Below, one piece after another: positions 1 to 10,059 of a stretch of 42,519 nt of DNA. Origin of the DNA: Mitosporidium daphniae (lineage: Eukaryota); NCBI RefSeq assembly GCF_000760515.2, contig NW_013546511.1:62001-104519 (forward strand), written 5' to 3'. The translations under genes and the position numbers were made by a program. Numbering within the stretch: the first letter of the stretch is position 1; each line of letters starts with the position of its first letter. Under the pieces are notes generated by a model. That model had not been told where the DNA came from and did not search any database. It saw nothing but the letters and a program-made list of their open reading frames with translations.

Positions 1-455
1 ACGTAATTGGTTCGAATTTCAGAGAGTACAGGCGGATAGTTCAAATAATATCTTTCTCCGCTGTAACATTTCTTTTTTTTAATCTTATTTTCTGGAGAGT
101 TTTTATTGGAGTGGTGCTTTGTCTTCGCATCTTAACGGCATCAATTCTTCTTCTATATCTTACCAGGAGACTGGCGATTTTAGAGGCCAGATTCCTTTCA
201 GTAAAACAAGAATGCAGAAAAAACAAGCAGGAACTAATCGGGCTAAAATCGAGCTTTTCCAGGTTAAGCGAATTGGCATTCACAATCTTTTCAATAATAT
301 ATCCGTTTGGCATGAACTTTGTTCATATTTCCAAATATCTTTACTTCTGGCCCGACAAGATAAAAGCTTCAATTAACTTCACATTTGATTCGGTAATGAT
401 TCAAGAGCTAAGGATTCAATCTATCCTTGAAGAGCTGGAATATCTTATTAAATAA
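1..455 (+). CDS. 3' end of an unidentified intron-containing protein gene (partial)
   Basis: ORF 111..455 ends TAA with overlapping AATAAA; intron-like GT..AG segments upstream; no family motif recognised. Confidence 0.45.
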   Translation, partial: VIGSNFREYRRIVQIISFSAVTFLFFNLIFWRVFIGVVLCLRILTASILLLYLTRRLAILEARFLSVKQECRKNKQELIGLKSSFSRLSELAFTIFSIIYPFGMNFVHISKYLYFWPDKIKASINFTFDSVMIQELRIQSILEELEYLIK

Positions 456-603
456 ATGCAAATAAACCCCATTTGTGGCTAGCGTGTATTGAAAACAAAT
501 TGTACACCCAAGATGAAGGCTTTATTATTGGTCCATCGACAAAAATGGATATGAAATAAATAGCCGAACCACGATAGTGCAATGGCGTCTGGAAGGGGGC
601 AAG

Positions 604-1064
604 CTACGAGGAGGGAGGAACTCTTTTGGGGTTGACTCTTGATTCCGCCTCAAAACGCTCATAGGCCCTGACAAATTTTGATTGAAGGTAGAACGATCCA
701 TTCCAGTCATCCTTTCTGGCATTTGATTTGAAGTACTTTTCAAATTTCTACATGGTGACCACTTGACAAGCAATACCTCTTTGGCCTGGTCTAGTGTAGA
801 GCCTGGAAGGGGAAGGTTTAAGATTTTTCCGGCCTCATCCATGGAAAGAGTTGACGAAACTTGGGCAACTGCCGGCGAATTGGAGGATCCCAATTTGCTT
901 GCATTTGATTCCGCGGCTAAAAACAAGTACCGAAAAGGCATACCTTTGATGGTCTGTATATAGGCATCTTTAACAGACTTTCCCAACACCTGCCCCACCA
1001 CTGCTATGACTTTGATAAGAAGACGCCCAATCTATGTAGGAAAGGATATCTAACATACTGCCAT
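604..1064 (-). CDS. PAM16: Mitochondrial import motor subunit Pam16/Tim16
   Basis: Spliced by hand (introns 1032-1058, 917-943, 748-776): MAIGRLLIKVIAVVGQVLGKSVKDAYIQT...MDEAGKILNL...KFEKYFKSN...GSFYLQSKFVRAYER, the Pam16 J-like signature. Confidence 0.92.
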
Positions 1065-1162
1065 GGGATGGGTTGGATGAAAATTAAAATATGGTCCACT
1101 GGCGGGTCGTTTATTTGGTTGCTTAATTAATTAATTAATTGAGTTGCCGATTGATGATGCGT

Positions 1163-4100
1163 TTATTTCTTTTTGTATTTACATTCTTTCTGGCTCCATC
1201 TATTTTGGTCCAGAGTATTAGCAAGCCCTGACACCGTGCAATCAACCATTTTGGTGACCCCCAACAAGGGCCGTACAAATGCCAAAGGAACGGCTTTAAG
1301 GATATTAATTCTTTCTTCACTCTCAACATGCAGAGATGCCTTGTCCAGACACTCGGTAAGCTCTGTAACGCCGGTTTTGATGCCGGAGTCAAGGTTTTTT
1401 GGATTTCCATTTGGCCTCTCAACCAGAGGCGCTACACCACTAAGTGTACACAGAAACGAATCGGCCTTTTTCAAGTAGTTCTTGGTCGTTGATGCCAATT
1501 GAGAGGTGATGTTGATGCCTTGCATCAAGCTCTTCCTGATCAGTGAAATTGAAGTTGATGACCCATCGTTTGGATTGCTATTCATAGGCAGCATGATCAA
1601 TTCACCGACGTTGTTCCCAAATTGCACCATAGTTCTGATGGGCGTCCATCCGTTGAGAATTACCTGCTGAGCCTGGGTATTTGTCACATATGGGATCCAC
1701 GCATCCATGATCAATTCAAATGCTCTGGGGATTCCGTGGATGCCATGAAGATGGACGGATTGCAAAACTATTTTGGCGTCTTCCAGCTTGAAAATGTTGA
1801 ACACAAACGAAGAGATTGACGATGACGAGAGTACAGATTTTTTTGGCTTGTAGTCGATAAACAGCTCGATTTCCGAAATCACGATGTGCCTAAAGAAGAG
1901 CCCGGTCGAGGTGCACTCCAGATCGGTTTGCTGCAGTTCCAAAAGCTGGTTTTTCAAGTCTTCTATGTTCTTTTGCAAAAGCACGATGTCTTTATTGACC
2001 GAAAATGAAAAGTAGCTTTCCAAAAAGAAAAGCGAGTCCTGATCGATGTGAAATCGCAGTTTTTGAAGAACATCGATGTAAATGAAAAACTCCAAGTCCG
2101 TTGGAGTGTCGACCATGCTGGTCCCAGATAGCAGCCGGTAGACAAGAATTTCGATGGCATTTGACTCGCTCAAAAGACATTTTTTGAAGAGATCAGAAGG
2201 GCAGATTGAGTGGAGACTGGAAATGAAATTCAAGATTACGTTGCCTTTTCGCCTTGTGGAGGCACACGGCAAAGAAGAGTTTTTCAAGAACGTTCGCCAC
2301 GTCGAAAGCGAAACGTGATCCTCGAGCTCAAAGTTTTCGCAAATCAGCAAAATATATTCGATCGACAAATTGGGTGAAATGGTCGCTGGAATTGAAAGAT
2401 TGGAGATTTTGAAGGTGACATGGTCGGCCACATTGGAAGGAACATTTGTATCATCAATGATGGTAAAGTTGATCGCGCTAAAGTGGATCATCACAATAAA
2501 CCCACTGATAGTTATTTCATGGTTTGGGGTAGCTGGCTTTGCAACGTCCGGTTGCTTGCATTTTGCGTTCAACGAGTCGTTTTTCTCGAACAAAAACGTC
2601 GAAGCCTTGTCGATTCCGGCGTTCCGATGCTGCGAAGCCGCATCGGAACGCCCCTCGTACAGTTTGGCCAGTTGATTGGAAATATATTCCTCTTCATTCC
2701 TTAATACCCATTTCATTGCATCGGTAAGGATAAAGTTAAACCCTTCCTTGGACAGCGATAGCCAGCATGAATGGCTGTCAATGACCAAATAGTGATTTTT
2801 AAAGATGCATTCCAAGAGATCGCTGACATTGGACGTCAGTTCTCGCTCCTGCTTCTTGAAAAGATTGAGTGTCAAATGAAAGCCTGTGTAGAAGTTTGAA
2901 TGCGCAAATATTGGAGTGGGAAATTTGATTGTCTTTGGCCTGTCATATGAAACTGAAAGGTAGTCAAAATATGCGGAAACAATTGGAGCCGAGTGAGAAA
3001 CGAAATCTGCAAAGCTGGCCGTCAAATGGACATTGAAATCACAAGCTGAAAGGGTTGTCGTGCCTGGAACGCCAAAAACATTTTGAAGCGAAAGCGTTCC
3101 ATTGGCGAGATTGAAAACGGTAGGAAACCGTTGAAAAATACAAGCAAAAGACAAGAAGCTTGAAGCGCCTGCTTGGCCATGCAACGCATCATCATTTGGG
3201 GGCCCAAAAAGGTTGGTGCCATCGATAGACATGCTGCAAATGTCAATGTAAAGTGAGGGATACGAGGCATTAGATGGGAGCTGGTTCAAGAAAAACGTAC
3301 ACTCTGCAAATGCAGCTTTCAGCTGATGATTGTTTTGCAAATCGCAGCTTTGAAGCGAACAGTAGTAAATTTGTTTGGCAGGGATTCCTTTGAAAGCAAC
3401 ATTTGAAATAAGCAAAAGGCCGCGGTCCTTGGTATCGCATGAAACATGCTCAATTGCAACGTTAAAGTCAAATAAAACGTCAATGAGAGAGCTTTTTTTG
3501 TCCGTAAAGCCGGATGGACACCACAAAGAGTTGAAAGAAAAATCACAATCTACAAATAGGTGTCTGATGCTAGCCTCCACCTTTAAGTGCAATTGATTTT
3601 GAAAAAATGAATGCAAATGTTCATGCTTTAAACGAAACAAAGAGGACTGGATCTGATCTTGGAAGATAGAGGACGAAACATTGATGGTCTTTTTTTTGCT
3701 GCAACTGAACAGATCGGACAAATCCAACTCTTTAAACTCGATTCCCTCCCCATTTCTGAAAGTTAAGACGATCGAAAATGGCTCTGCAATCAACAAGTTC
3801 ATATTGAGATCTTTGAGGGCAATTGATGCCGACTTGCATTTTGTTGTAATTGAAATCACGCTATAAGATTGATTGACCTTTAAACTGCATGCTTGGAGAG
3901 ATACAGACACCGCGGGAGCCTGGCTGCTCAACGAGAAATTTGAAATCGAAATTTCTGGAAGTATTGAATCCAAAAATGAAAGGCAATAAAATAGCGACAA
4001 TATGCTTTCTTCGTTAAACGAAGAATCTCCGGGCGTCAAAGAATCGCCATCAAAGCAAGAAAGCTTTATGTTAGATACATTGATGGCTGCCAATGCCGAT

Positions 4101-5272
4101 GAGCTGCTTTTGGAAAGCGAAACTAGCTCCAAAAGGGCTTCAAAGTTAGAATTGCATATTGCAGCTTGCGAACAATACAAACAAATGGCCATTTTGTCAA
4201 GCAAAAACTCTGGGAACGTGCATTTTAGGTCGATTTCAGCCAGTTTTAACACATTTCCAAAAAAAGTGACGCTGGCACGTGAGCAAGAAAGAAAAAACTT
4301 GTGCGTGTTTGACTCTGCAGGCTTTTTGATAGGCATAGGGTTGTTGTAATCAACATTTTTAAACTGAAACCTCCCAGTGGCTTCGTTTAAAATCGAATAA
4401 AAGATTTCATTATCCGGGTCATCGTCGCTTGTTTCCTCGTCAGCGTTCAAAAAACCCCCATCCGCCATAACAGGTGAGTCGAAAGCGCCATTTTTATCGG
4501 CAGCTGCTTCGCTGAGCGGTATTTCCTTTAACAGATCAAAAAACCCATCAAGAACAAAAGATATTGGCTCAGTTATCTCGACGTTGAGACAGCTGGAGGT
4601 GGCAGAAAAGATGGCCTTGCTTGAAGGAGGGATGTCAGCAAAAACAGTGGAACAATCCTCGCTGTAAAGCTTTATAAAATTCTCCACTTTCAATTCCAAG
4701 CATAAATCTGTCGAAGAACTGCTTTCAATAACGATTCCATTCAATGTGATCACAAAGCACGAAATGGTCTCGTCATTTTTAAAAAACCTAATTTTTAGCA
4801 TGCCAGATTGTATGTTTAGGGTTAGGTTGGTTTTCCGGAACATCAATATTAGATCCCTGAACGCATCCATGCATATCGCCTTCGGGTTGGATGCACAATA
4901 AGTCGGAAAAGATGAGATGTCAATGTTTATATGCATGTGAAGGCCATCAGCTACCAATAAAATACTCTCAAGGGAAGAATTATTTGAGCAAACGGAAAAG
5001 GAAATTTCGTTAACATTGGCATCGGCCAGTTTCAAACCCGAATCAAGATAGTCGTTTATAAATTTTGCATTAAATACAATGTCTTTAATGGAAACAAGAG
5101 ACCTAAGCTCGCCATCTTTGCATGTACAATTAGAGATAGATATGGAGAAGGTTGAGACCAAATTCTTCAAGTGCTTTTTAAAAAAGAAAGATGCCAGTCT
5201 TTCCTGCACATAAAAGGGAGCCGTATTTAGAAAGATAAAAATAAAGCTCCAAATAAGATCGGAGGAGAACAT
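1163..5272 (-). CDS. ATG2: Autophagy lipid-transfer protein Atg2
   Basis: ~1369-aa ORF from ATG 5272; N-terminal PFYVQERLASFFFKKHL; C-terminal IDYKPKK, LEDAKIVL..V.LHG, TPIRTMVQFG and AVPLAFVRPLLG...GLANTLD...KYK match the Atg2 C-terminus. Confidence 0.85.
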   Translation of the reverse strand: MFSSDLIWSFIFIFLNTAPFYVQERLASFFFKKHLKNLVSTFSISISNCTCKDGELRSLVSIKDIVFNAKFINDYLDSGLKLADANVNEISFSVCSNNSSLESILLVADGLHMHINIDISSFPTYCASNPKAICMDAFRDLILMFRKTNLTLNIQSGMLKIRFFKNDETISCFVITLNGIVIESSSSTDLCLELKVENFIKLYSEDCSTVFADIPPSSKAIFSATSSCLNVEITEPISFVLDGFFDLLKEIPLSEAAADKNGAFDSPVMADGGFLNADEETSDDDPDNEIFYSILNEATGRFQFKNVDYNNPMPIKKPAESNTHKFFLSCSRASVTFFGNVLKLAEIDLKCTFPEFLLDKMAICLYCSQAAICNSNFEALLELVSLSKSSSSALAAINVSNIKLSCFDGDSLTPGDSSFNEESILSLFYCLSFLDSILPEISISNFSLSSQAPAVSVSLQACSLKVNQSYSVISITTKCKSASIALKDLNMNLLIAEPFSIVLTFRNGEGIEFKELDLSDLFSCSKKKTINVSSSIFQDQIQSSLFRLKHEHLHSFFQNQLHLKVEASIRHLFVDCDFSFNSLWCPSGFTDKKSSLIDVLFDFNVAIEHVSCDTKDRGLLLISNVAFKGIPAKQIYYCSLQSCDLQNNHQLKAAFAECTFFLNQLPSNASYPSLYIDICSMSIDGTNLFGPPNDDALHGQAGASSFLSFACIFQRFPTVFNLANGTLSLQNVFGVPGTTTLSACDFNVHLTASFADFVSHSAPIVSAYFDYLSVSYDRPKTIKFPTPIFAHSNFYTGFHLTLNLFKKQERELTSNVSDLLECIFKNHYLVIDSHSCWLSLSKEGFNFILTDAMKWVLRNEEEYISNQLAKLYEGRSDAASQHRNAGIDKASTFLFEKNDSLNAKCKQPDVAKPATPNHEITISGFIVMIHFSAINFTIIDDTNVPSNVADHVTFKISNLSIPATISPNLSIEYILLICENFELEDHVSLSTWRTFLKNSSLPCASTRRKGNVILNFISSLHSICPSDLFKKCLLSESNAIEILVYRLLSGTSMVDTPTDLEFFIYIDVLQKLRFHIDQDSLFFLESYFSFSVNKDIVLLQKNIEDLKNQLLELQQTDLECTSTGLFFRHIVISEIELFIDYKPKKSVLSSSSISSFVFNIFKLEDAKIVLQSVHLHGIHGIPRAFELIMDAWIPYVTNTQAQQVILNGWTPIRTMVQFGNNVGELIMLPMNSNPNDGSSTSISLIRKSLMQGINITSQLASTTKNYLKKADSFLCTLSGVAPLVERPNGNPKNLDSGIKTGVTELTECLDKASLHVESEERINILKAVPLAFVRPLLGVTKMVDCTVSGLANTLDQNRWSQKECKYKKK

Positions 5273-5377
5273 TTCCCAACCGAAAATAATGCATGGATAC
5301 CAATTAGGCAAATTATTAGAAACTCTAATATTAATAGTACAATAATAAAATTATAGTCTCCAAAAATGTGTCAAGTA

Positions 5378-5448
5378 GCTCGTGTCGTATAGAGGTAGTA
5401 TATCGCGTTGTGGCCGCGCTGACCCAGGTTCAATTCCTGGCACGAGCA
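5378..5448 (+). tRNA. tRNA-His(GUG), intronless
   Basis: Acceptor GCTCGTG/CACGAGC+A, anticodon loop TTGTGGC, T arm CCAGG-TTCAATT-CCTGG. Confidence 0.95.
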
Positions 5449-5454
5449 TTTTTT
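5449..5454 (+). terminator. RNA Pol III oligo-T terminator
   Basis: TTTTTT directly after the tRNA discriminator base. Confidence 0.8.
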
Positions 5455-5496
5455 GGATTTCTAGCAAATTTGCGAAGAAATTTATTCTATTTTTAG

Positions 5497-5577
5497 AATG
5501 GCCTTCATTTAAAAATGTTTACAATGGGTTTGATTCAATAAATGTTTACAATGGCCTTCATTTAAAAATGTTTACAA
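5497..5577. repeat. Three-copy 26-27 nt tandem repeat upstream of POP4
   Basis: AATGGCCTTCATTTAAAAATGTTTAC at 5497 and 5550 (identical), with a diverged middle copy at 5523. Confidence 0.9.
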
Positions 5578-5615
5578 GGACTTGTTTGTTTCTTGCAATT
5601 TAATACAATTTTTTA

Positions 5616-6242
5616 ATGACTTTCAATTTGATAGAATATATTTGTGGCCTTGCTTGCAACGACTCTTTTGACGGTGAAAATCTGTACAATAAGCTCGCAA
5701 AGCCATTCTATTTGTCCAACACGGCTTCTCTGCAGCCAAAGGACCATCCATCCCCGGTCTCGCTGTCTCTTTCTTCGTATTCTTCTAGGCTGAAAGCCAG
5801 AAAGGCTGCATGTGCGGCAATTGCATCACTGTCGTTTCAGGATGTCGAGCCCCTCCATTCGCTTTGGTGCACATATGTATCGAAGCTATTTAGCATCCCG
5901 CCATCAAAGCCTAATAGGTCAATCTCAACATCTTGGTTGACACCTGACGATCTGACCAAATCTAGTCGCATGGATCTGCATGGCGCATATGTCACAATCA
6001 AAGCATCTAGATGTGCAGCCCAAGTTGGAAAGGCAGGTGTAATTGTACAGGAAACCTCAAAGACAGTTGTTTTGATAACCCCCGCCAATAGAATGATACG
6101 GATTCCCAAGGAAGGAACATTGTTCGAATGTGCTCTTCCAATTGCAGGAAAGGAAAGTCTTTATACAATTTTGATTTTTGGAAGCCAAATCGCGCGGGTC
6201 AGTGCCGTGGAAAGGGCCGTGAAAAAGTTCAAAAGGAAATAA
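5616..6242 (+). CDS. POP4: RNase P/MRP subunit Pop4/Rpp29
   Basis: PLHSLWCTY, MDLHGAYVTIKASRC..VG.AG.IVQET, IPKEGTLF, FGSQI...AVERAVKKFK. Confidence 0.92.
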   Translation: MTFNLIEYICGLACNDSFDGENLYNKLAKPFYLSNTASLQPKDHPSPVSLSLSSYSSRLKARKAACAAIASLSFQDVEPLHSLWCTYVSKLFSIPPSKPNRSISTSWLTPDDLTKSSRMDLHGAYVTIKASRCAAQVGKAGVIVQETSKTVVLITPANRMIRIPKEGTLFECALPIAGKESLYTILIFGSQIARVSAVERAVKKFKRK

Positions 6243-6317
6243 ATAAACACAAGCAAATTGATGCAGATGGCGGCCATTGGGTACGGAGCAATTTTGAATT
6301 TTTAAACTTTACATTAA

Positions 6318-8246
6318 ATGACAAAGGGATCAATTTGTATCTTTAATACCCTCTGCGGAAAGGAGTACAATTTGTCGTCTCTTGAAATATGCAACATCTC
6401 TTCCGTGGTGGAGCTGAAATTTCTGGTCTCTTCAGACACTACTAGCTGTGAGCTGATTCCACCAGATCATCAAATTCTGATTTTACAAAATGGCTGTCAT
6501 ATTAAAGATTCGGATTTGATAGCAAACAGCCAATTTTTGACTGTTTTCTTATTTGATAAGCGCGTACTTTTACGTGATCAAAAGTCAATTTCAAATGCCA
6601 GCCACATTGAGCAGCTGGGCACCACACATAAGCACCACATTCAAATTATTGAAAGTAAATTCCAACTTTTGCTCAAATTTAGTTCCAATGGACCCAGAAG
6701 AGCCTCCTTCGATCGACAATGGCATGGCAATTGTAACTGTACGACGCCAAATATTCTTGCCTTTTTAGATGATGAGAAATGCAGTTGAATCGCATTTCAA
6801 GACCGCATCCAATCTATTGAGTGAAATGGGCGCAATGGCCAGTGGGCTTGAGGCGGCAAACAGATCGTTGCTTATTTTTATGCGGTACATCTTGCCAATT
6901 AAGACACTAGATTCATCAAAGAAAAAAATGTAAATGCAAGCTCCTATTTGGAAACAACAGGATGCAACAAATTGATAATCCGGGAGGCTGTGTTGGCAGA
7001 AAAGATTTTACAATTACCCTCCGTGATTGAAGAGAGCCTGTCAAGCTTTCAGCAGATTATAAAGGAAAATTCGGCTGTTTTGTGTGATGCTAAAGAGCAA
7101 TATGCAAAAGCTGGACCTTCCATGGAAAGCAACAAGATCGTATATGATGACAGCAAAGCCCTTCTCATTGATCTTGTAAAGGCCAAGGTACCCTGTGCTT
7201 TGCACAAATTTTAGGATTTCATCCAAAGCCAACTTTTGCAAAATTTGCAATCAATTGTCGAGAAACAGAATGCCATTGCCATTCTGCTGCAAGTTGAGGG
7301 GTCCATTTCATCATGTACAAGCATTCAGGAAAAATTGGTTGAGGCCAATGGAGAATACGCGGCAGCACAGTCATTGGCTGTTCCGTCGTCACAGAATGAC
7401 AAGCCGCTGAATTTATTGAACACATCGCCCCCTAATTCATTAAGCATCACTGAGCTGCTGCAAATAATTCACTCTCTGTCGGACATCAATGAGACGCTGA
7501 GCAGGGAAAATAGGGAATTAAAAGGAAACATTGCCCACTTCACATCTAATTTGAAAATCGTCGTTAAAGAGTATGCCCAAAACCTCGATCTAAACATGCA
7601 AGACATCGAAAAAATTCTGTCGAAAAGCTCAATTCTCAATGGATCTGTAGGCGAATCTCCAGAAAGCTCAACTGAGACCATTACTCCGGATTCTTTGCTT
7701 GTGGCAATCGAAAGCCTTCTTATAAGAAAAAAAACGATGCTTCAAAAGGGCTCTGGAGGCCCCCATTCTTTAAATGCCATCAAAAGCAGGCTGGTTGATA
7801 TTCTTGAGGGACGGCCCTTGTCTCCCTTTGAAAAAGGTTTTCCCTGCACTTTCATCAATAGACTATGACGGTTCCCTTGCAGAGATTATGGTGCAAATAC
7901 ACCGGCGATTTTCAAGCGAGAAAATATCCTTTTCAAATATCACCATTGGAGACTTGTGTCTTTTTCTTCCAACGAAAAACTCGGCGCACTGGGCATCTTT
8001 TAGCATAAACTGTCCAAAATATTTTCTATCTCCTCAGGTGGTCGAGTCTCTCAAGTTGAATCGAAACCAGTAATGTTGGCATTCTGATAATAGAAGATCA
8101 TGGGTTCTTGGCCGCATCCTTTCGATGACTGAAAACAAGGCCGACGGCTACAATCATGTTGGACTTTTAAATTTTACCATTAGGATACCCTCGAGATAGG
8201 GAGCTCATTTGTTCTTGTCGATATAAATGCACTGTACTTGGGATAG
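6318..8246 (+). CDS. ATG11: Atg11/FIP200 selective-autophagy scaffold, compact (~580 aa)
   Basis: Seven 24-30 nt introns join the frames; N-terminal ubiquitin-like segment (ELKFLV...IPPDHQILILQNG...VFLFDK); coiled-coil-like middle; C-terminal claw KISFSNITIGDLCLFLPT..WASFSINCPKYFL...WVLGRI. Confidence 0.85.
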
Positions 8247-8366
8247 CATGATGCCGATGGCGAGACCGATGGTGAGACCGATGCCGATGGCGATGTAAAT
8301 ATGTTTTCCGTATTAAAATGTTGGTTTGCAATAAATTTTGATTTTAGCTTTGGTAATTAAAATTTA

Positions 8367-10051
8367 ATGAATGGGCTATTGTGCCAGTATAATTCATTGG
8401 GCGGAGTGCCCACTCCTGACATTCTGAATGTCCTCTCTCCCGCCCTGAAGGCCTATTATTCTGAAAACGCATGGGATTCTATTTTACGGACACACATCCG
8501 CTCTCGGATTCAAGACGCCGATATCGCCACCTCATTCCATCAAACCATAGTTCAGCCTTTAGAGCTATGTTTCTCGACCATATCGATGTTCAATGCTGAC
8601 GAAGCTTTATGTTTTTCCATTCTCGAAGAAACTGTGGAGTTGTGTCCAGCCACGTGTCTGTCCAGCCTTATTGATAGCATCGAGCGGATGTCTCCGACGC
8701 TTCAAAAGGTAGGCCTACTTTGCTATTTTTAGGGCCTGGTCCCTGGAAAAGGCAAAGCTCTGATTGCGCTTCGGATTTGTAACGACCTGATCAAAAGGAC
8801 ACAGCATCACTTGGTCCATTTGCGAGGCCGTGCTTTCCTGCTTGCATGCTCGCTCTTTCCCATCAATGAGCGCTCCGGACTAAACCTGCGTGGGGTTTTT
8901 TCCTCCGTCGAAGTGGAAAAAATATCGGCAGAGCTGTCGGATTTTTCTGGATTTGATGCGAGCCTTTCTTTCGGTCTTTTTGTCGTTTATAATATGTAGA
9001 CCGGCTGGTGAGCACACGCGAGTTTTACCTGTCTGTACTGTCACTGCAAAAGGTGTTTTCTTTGGATTTGCTTGCCGTTTTGCAACTGTATAATGCAGAA
9101 GAGGGGAGTCAACATTATAAGCTATGGGTGTCTTTTTTGTCCACCATTGAGACGCTTGTAAAGCAGTGCTCCTCGGACGCTTTGATCGGAAATTTAACAT
9201 CGCAGTCCGATTCAATGGAGCCTTCATTCAACTATCCATGGCACTATTTGTACTCGCAGGACCTATTTATGCATCAGGTACGATCCATGCTCACTAATGT
9301 GACAGATCAAAAATTCAAAATATTTTTGGTTTTCTCTCCTTTTTCAAATGATCGAGTTTTTGGTAGCTCTGTTGAGGCTATTAAAGGACCCATGCGAAGA
9401 TGTCCCGGAGCAAAAAAAGAAAAAGACCATTGTAAAGGATGAGTCCGCGTTCATATCGATCATAGAGAGGCTTTTTTCAGAAGCATCTTGTTCGCCGTTT
9501 TGGTCGATCACAATCGACGAGATACCAATGAGTAGGGCTATTGATTCCTTGAAAGACGACGAGAAGGCTTGGGTGAAATGGAGGGCATCTGGTTCGCATG
9601 GAATTCCGAAATACGACAGCGAACTGCAAGTGGAGCCGGTTTCTTCGGATTCGCCTTGCCCCGTTGACCAGCCTAGCTTTGGGTTTGTCAAATGCGACTA
9701 TTCATTCCTTGGAAGCGAAGCCAGTGGCAAAATGGCAAAGCCAAATTTATCAACGCACCTGTCAATACTAAAGGATGAAGATCCAAGCGATAGAGAAGGT
9801 CTTTTCCATGATCCGGTATCGATTACGTTTATGTTCAACTGTAGGTCTTTCTTTGGAAAACGTTGCGACTGCTTATTTTGCACGATAGTTATAGTGGAGG
9901 ATCAACATACGATTTACTGCTTCAATCGATCGGTTCCAATGCCATTGATGCCGCCTCCGCAACAAGTGAAGAAGTGTCCGATCCAAAGCTGGAAGACGAG
10001 TTTCGTGGAAGTGAGGTTGGCATCTTGTATTCCAAAGTCATGAAAATGTAA
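8367..10051 (+). CDS. THOC1: THO complex subunit 1 (Hpr1/THOC1)
   Basis: LRICNDLIKR..RGRAFLL..LFPINERSGLNLRG.F, YLYSQDLF, EKAWVKW, FLWKTLRLL; four tiny introns (e.g. 8709-8732). Confidence 0.88.
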
Positions 10052-10059
10052 TATGAGTA

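Noticed and set aside
1123..1140. (TTAA)n tract as a transposon footprint
   Set aside because: No terminal repeats or transposase; a similar tract at ~31285 suggests a simple AT-rich promoter or terminator element
5497..5577. CRISPR-like repeat-spacer-repeat
   Set aside because: Eukaryotic context, the apparent spacer is itself a diverged repeat copy, and there are no cas genes
8249..8296. GCCGATGGCGA/GACCGATGG short repeats after ATG11
   Set aside because: Low-complexity 6/12-nt slippage repeat in a 3' UTR with no further structure
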